A stretch of 56,894 nucleotides of DNA from Patescibacteria group bacterium (lineage in GTDB: Bacteria; Patescibacteriota; Patescibacteriia; UBA10025; JAHIVO01): contig JAZDEZ010000001.1 in the NCBI GenBank assembly GCA_043808365.1, forward strand, positions 1 to 56,894, read 5' to 3'. The notes under the pieces are model-generated. The model made no database searches and was not told the origin of the DNA. It saw nothing but the letters and a program-made list of their open reading frames with translations. Below are positions 54,009 through 56,894 of the stretch, piece after piece. The position numbers and the translations under genes were made by a program. Position 1 is the first letter of the stretch. Every line of letters begins with the position of its first letter.

Positions 54009-54452
54009 ATGCCTGACAAAATTAAATTCCAAATTACCACTCCCGAACGCGTCGTTTTTGAGGACGAGGTGGATGAAATTACCCTGCCGACCCAGCAGGG
54101 TGAGATTGGTATTTTGCCGCACCATATTCCGCTGGTGTCGTTGCTGTCAGCCGGGGAGATCAGAATCAAGAAAGGTGATGAGATTATTTTTATGGCCGTA
54201 TCCGGCGGTTTTATCCAGGTGAAGCCGACCCAGGTGACAGTGCTGGCTGACACTGCGGAGCGGGAGGAGGAAATCGACGAACAGCGGGCAGAAGAGGCCC
54301 GGCAGGCAGCGCGGGATCTTTTGACCACAAAACACGCCGATGCCGCTGATTTTGCGGCAGTGTCGGCAAAACTGGAAAAGGAATTGGCTCGGCTGAAAGT
54401 CGTGCGCCGGCGCCGGCGTGAACCGCGGCGAAACCCGTCAGAGGGCGTTTAA
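54009..54452 (+). CDS. atpC: F1 ATP synthase subunit epsilon
   Basis: KFQITTPERVVFEDEVDEITLPTQQGEIGILPHHIPLVS; start set at MPDKIK; Arg-rich C-terminal tail. Confidence 0.85.
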   Translation: MPDKIKFQITTPERVVFEDEVDEITLPTQQGEIGILPHHIPLVSLLSAGEIRIKKGDEIIFMAVSGGFIQVKPTQVTVLADTAEREEEIDEQRAEEARQAARDLLTTKHADAADFAAVSAKLEKELARLKVVRRRRREPRRNPSEGV

Positions 54453-54472
54453 AAAATTAACTATAAAAACGA

Positions 54473-54901
54473 ATGCCACATCAGTGTAAAGCCTTAGTCA
54501 TTAATTGCATGGATTTCCGGTTCCATTCCGCCATTCGTGAATTTGCTATTTCCCTCGGGCTGAAAGACCAATACGACCTCGTCAGTCTGGCCGGCGCTTC
54601 GAAATATATTGTTGATAAGGATCCCATCGGTTCCGCTGTTTTATTCAAGCAGGTCGAGCTTTCCCAGAAATTACACGGCATTTCCGAAATGTATTTGATC
54701 CATCATATGGACTGCGGCGCGTATGGCGGTCATAAGGCTTTTGCTACTGAACAAGCCGAGCATGATAAGCAGGTACAGGACATGAGAGCGACGCAGGCGG
54801 TATTGACTCAAAAATTTCCCCAATTGCAGGTGAAGAAAGTGTTAGCCAGGATAACTGAAAAGGGTGAAGAAAACCTAATTGATTTCGAGGTAGTTTCTTA
54901 A
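54473..54901 (+). CDS. Small protein with a beta-carbonic-anhydrase-like C-x-D-x-R ... H-x-x-C-G pattern
   Basis: NCMDFRF and HHMDCGAYG, spaced about 60 aa apart; only 142 aa; assignment tentative. Confidence 0.45.
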   Translation: MPHQCKALVINCMDFRFHSAIREFAISLGLKDQYDLVSLAGASKYIVDKDPIGSAVLFKQVELSQKLHGISEMYLIHHMDCGAYGGHKAFATEQAEHDKQVQDMRATQAVLTQKFPQLQVKKVLARITEKGEENLIDFEVVS

Positions 54902-54912
54902 ACTTAAAATGG

Positions 54913-54941
54913 AAAAATGCCTAATCTTGGGCATTTTTTTA
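54913..54941 (+). terminator. Intrinsic terminator ending the atp-linked transcription unit
   Basis: ATGCC taatcttg GGCAT flanked by A-run/T-run (TTTTTTT). Confidence 0.65.
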
Positions 54942-54950
54942 TTTCTGGTA

Positions 54951-54979
54951 TTGACATTTTATCATTAATAGTGTAATCT
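54951..54979 (+). promoter_or_regulatory. Sigma70-like promoter
   Basis: TTGACA, 17-nt spacer, TAATCT; about 105 nt before the 55086 ATG. Confidence 0.5.
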
Positions 54980-55085
54980 CACTCTTCAATTTAGAGCAAT
55001 GACTCATTGAGTCAGAGTCTTAAAAGTTGAAAAGTACATTTACTCTGAAATTATCGGCCTTTAACATTGCACAACTGGAGGTACA

Positions 55086-55640
55086 ATGGCGAAAGTTTCC
55101 AAGGAAGATTTGGACAAGATCAGATGGTATCACCGTAAGGGCCTACTTGTTCATGTTGATCCGACTATAATGGTGGATCGGTGTGAGGATGGGTATATCC
55201 TGTTCGGCTGTGGGGACGGCGATCAATCAGTTGACCTGCTGGTCGATCATCTCATGAAACAGCTCGGGCTCAAGAAGCGTCCCCATTTGGAGATGCTTAA
55301 TGGTGGTGCGCTTCGTCTGGTTGCTGAAGCGCCGATACCTGCGCGGTTGCGGGTTCATGAGCAGATGGTTGCTGAGTTATTGACGTCACGCCATCTGAAG
55401 AGAATCCCTACATTATTGCTGTATGCGCATTACCCATGCGGTATGGCCGGCGAGTGCAACATTACACTGCCAGAAGTGCTGCACTTTCTATTTTTGGCCG
55501 GGCAGAAGCTCATTGAGCAAGGTTGGGATCCGAAACGGATAATACTGCTTTTCCACGTTGACCATGATGGTCAACGCAAACGGACTTATTATGTCGAGAG
55601 GACTAAGTCTGAGCTTATTTTTTCTGCACCTGAAGGTTGA
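55086..55640 (+). CDS. Hypothetical protein, 184 aa, distantly resembling the preceding gene
   Basis: GGAGG upstream; FGCGDGD ... YAHYPCGMAG mirrors the C-x-D ... H-x-x-C-G pattern of 54473-54901. Confidence 0.55.
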   Translation: MAKVSKEDLDKIRWYHRKGLLVHVDPTIMVDRCEDGYILFGCGDGDQSVDLLVDHLMKQLGLKKRPHLEMLNGGALRLVAEAPIPARLRVHEQMVAELLTSRHLKRIPTLLLYAHYPCGMAGECNITLPEVLHFLFLAGQKLIEQGWDPKRIILLFHVDHDGQRKRTYYVERTKSELIFSAPEG

Positions 55641-55666
55641 AGTCATTTGATTTTGTACATGTATGG

Positions 55667-55693
55667 GGCGACTCGTATGAGCCGCCTTTTTTT
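55667..55693 (+). terminator. Intrinsic terminator
   Basis: GGCGACTC gtat GAGCCGCC (one mismatch) followed by TTTTTTT. Confidence 0.7.
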
Positions 55694-55695
55694 AT

Positions 55696-55724
55696 TTGAC
55701 GGTTTTTTGAGCCTGTTGTACACT
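55696..55724 (+). promoter_or_regulatory. Sigma70-like promoter with no downstream ORF
   Basis: TTGACG, 17-nt spacer, TACACT (same hexamer style as 3037-3065). Confidence 0.45.
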
Positions 55725-55730
55725 ATAAAT

Positions 55731-55918
55731 GCTGCAAGCGCATCTGCGCACGCAGCGTCAGTAACATTTCGTAAGGTACTATGCCTTAACCCGGGAGAGC
55801 GGTCTGTACTTTTTGACTTATTTCACAATCTGCCCTCGTGGTGGATGCGGCAACTGCCGTTGATTTCCAATTGTACATACAGGCCCAGAGCCCGCGCTCT
55901 CCCGGCCTTTTTATTTTT
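55731..55918 (+). ncRNA. Candidate small RNA (~185 nt), family unknown
   Basis: Bounded by the promoter at 55696-55724 and by an 11-bp clamp CCGGGAGAGCG (55791-55801) / CGCTCTCCCGG (55895-55905) followed by CCTTTTTATTTTT; no credible ORF. Confidence 0.3.
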
Positions 55919-55919
55919 G

Positions 55920-55950
55920 AAAAAAAGAGAGCTCATTTTTTAGAGCTCTC
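55920..55950 (-). terminator. Intrinsic terminator of the Cys-rich gene
   Basis: GAGAGCTC / GAGCTCTC 8-bp stem; on the minus strand followed by TTTTTTT. Confidence 0.7.
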
Positions 55951-55960
55951 ATGCTTTGCG

Positions 55961-56188
55961 CTAGGTCCAGGACAGCCACTGGTGGCAGCTCGGGCATTCT
56001 ACCATCTGCGCTTGGTACGGAGCCGTGATAGCGCAGAGCCCGCAGAAGTGATAATTGCAGTGAGGGCACTTGAAGTACTTGCGGTTATGGTCGCTCGCGC
56101 CGCATTTCTTGCAGCCGTCATGGTTAGTCAGTTCGATCACCGCACCCTGTGTTAAAATGATCGTTTTAAGCAAATGGGCTTGGCTCAC
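55961..56188 (-). CDS. Small four-CxxC zinc-ribbon-type protein, 75 aa
   Basis: CKKC, CPHC, CGLC and CPSC pairs; AAGGAGG 5 nt upstream of a GTG start. Confidence 0.65.
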   Translation of the reverse strand: MSQAHLLKTIILTQGAVIELTNHDGCKKCGASDHNRKYFKCPHCNYHFCGLCAITAPYQAQMVECPSCHQWLSWT

Positions 56189-56333
56189 ATACCCCTCCTT
56201 TATTTAATCGTGAGTTTTCAGGCTATTGTAGTACAGCGCGAGGCCGCTGTCAAGATTCTAAGGATTGCCTGGAATATTTATTGAGATTGATAGTTTTTTT
56301 AAATTAATTACACAAGCTTCCGGAGGAAACGGT

Positions 56334-56666
56334 ATGGCAAACATTAATGATGGCGTATATTCCGACAAGGGGAAACTTGTTCGAATTAGAGGCGGTTTTT
56401 TGGTGTTTCCAAATAAAAAAAAGTCCGTGCAGCAGCCAGTACGTATGTACCTCACGGACTTTTGGTTTGCGCAGCTTGCTAGCGCCATCACACGCAAAGG
56501 AGGCTTTCGTGGAATAAGGCGCCCCAGCACCCTCACAGACCACAAGCTACGTACGCATAGTACCTTCTCCCTCAAAAAAGAAGGTACTACCCAAGCCTGT
56601 TCGCATGCCATCGCGGACCAAGCCTTGCCGCTGCACGGTCAAGAATCGCAAAGTACTGTTTCGTAG
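56334..56666 (+). CDS. Doubtful hypothetical ORF, 110 aa
   Basis: GGAGG 7 nt before the ATG, but the ORF runs through an 11-bp and a 9-bp perfect hairpin and competes with minus-strand promoter/terminator signals. Confidence 0.3.
   Translation: MANINDGVYSDKGKLVRIRGGFLVFPNKKKSVQQPVRMYLTDFWFAQLASAITRKGGFRGIRRPSTLTDHKLRTHSTFSLKKEGTTQACSHAIADQALPLHGQESQSTVS
56412..56664 (-). ncRNA. Candidate minus-strand RNA (~250 nt), family unknown
   Basis: Minus-strand TTGACG (56694-56699), 17-nt spacer, TACGGT (56671-56676); ends at the 11-bp hairpin 56419-56463, followed on the minus strand by TTTTTTTTATTT. Confidence 0.25.
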
Positions 56667-56751
56667 CCTCACCGTAGCGTAGCGCGGTGTTTTCGTCAAG
56701 TGGGTATCGCCATTTCCGGCAAAAAATGGCAGCGCTAAGTTTTTTCGTTTC

Positions 56752-56806
56752 CCTGTCGCACGGAAGTGATAATGTCCTACTTGAGGGAAGTTAAAATGTC
56801 ATACCT
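56752..56806 (+). mobile_element. Terminal inverted repeat (left end) of an IS/transposon copy
   Basis: Reverse complement matches 2968-3024; lies 14 nt upstream of the transposase ORF start. Confidence 0.6.
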
Positions 56807-56819
56807 CAAGTAGAATGAA

Positions 56820-56894
56820 ATGGCTGATTCATTAACCATTTCGTCTATGACATTAATCACTATGTCAACCAAAGAACTGGATCGGTTTCAAATT
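56820..56894 (+). CDS. Transposase N-terminal fragment (helix-turn-helix region); continues beyond the window
   Basis: MADSLTISSMTLITMSTKELDRFQI; the MSxKEL.R..I start resembles the N-termini of rve-type IS transposases; the true start may be 56847 or 56862. Confidence 0.5.
   Translation, partial: MADSLTISSMTLITMSTKELDRFQI

Noticed and set aside
56370-56395. tRNA or tmRNA T-arm, because of GTTCGAATT
   Set aside because: There is no flanking acceptor stem, D-arm or anticodon-arm complementarity and no CCA-proximal pairing. No other T-loop-like motif was seen in any intergenic region.
56419-56550. RNase P RNA, because of AAAAGTCCGTG (similar to the P4 strand GAAAGTCCGG) and a downstream ACAGA...GCTA
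   Set aside because: The complement of the AAGTCCG strand is only 23 nt away and forms a local hairpin rather than the long-range P4. No GGTAA, CR-IV or CR-V consensus is present, and the region is too short.

Overview
This 56.9-kb window reads like the chromosome of a small-genome bacterium, possibly CPR/Patescibacteria-like (taxon is inference only). The backbone genes are ileS, recO, tgt, a DsbA-like oxidoreductase, an envelope glycosylation cluster (GT2, GT4, methyltransferase, flippase-like protein, two paralogous GT-C-like membrane proteins), a membrane-anchored Clp-type AAA+ ATPase, glyQS, an M16 peptidase, an AI-2E permease, rpsU, rsmI, a single-chain purL, metG, cvpA, two tandem tatD genes, rmuC and a complete F1Fo ATP synthase operon (atpZ-like, B, E, F, H, A, G, D, C). 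The accessory content stands out. (1) At the left edge lies a compact diversity-generating retroelement (DGR): a target-like gene with a C-terminal VR-like segment, an AAC-rich template repeat, Avd on the opposite strand and a DGR-type reverse transcriptase. It sits between the 3' end of a DDE transposase gene and a ~57-nt terminal repeat. The inverted partner of that repeat reappears at 56752-56806, directly upstream of the start of another transposase gene, so the DGR looks like cargo of an IS-derived transposon. (2) An 11-G homopolymer lies at the avd/RT divergent junction. (3) A RAYT-type HUH Y1 transposase is flanked by REP-like palindromes, and related GC-rich hairpin elements are inserted in frame into ileS and fused onto the RT 3' end. 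(4) Many degenerate tandem tracts have strict 7-nt periodicity. They occur in frame inside tgt and ileS and as inverted arms in three ATP-synthase spacers. One pair encloses a four-helix-bundle (23S-rRNA-IVS/Avd-like) gene inserted between atpA and atpG. (5) Two GIY-YIG nuclease paralogs are followed by covarying hairpins. (6) tgt has an apparent frameshift. (7) Two promoter/terminator-bounded candidate small RNAs lie near the right edge. No rRNA, tRNA or CRISPR array was recognised. All coordinates, alignments and counts were made by eye from the sequence and ORF track. Family assignments rest on remembered motifs, not on database searches.
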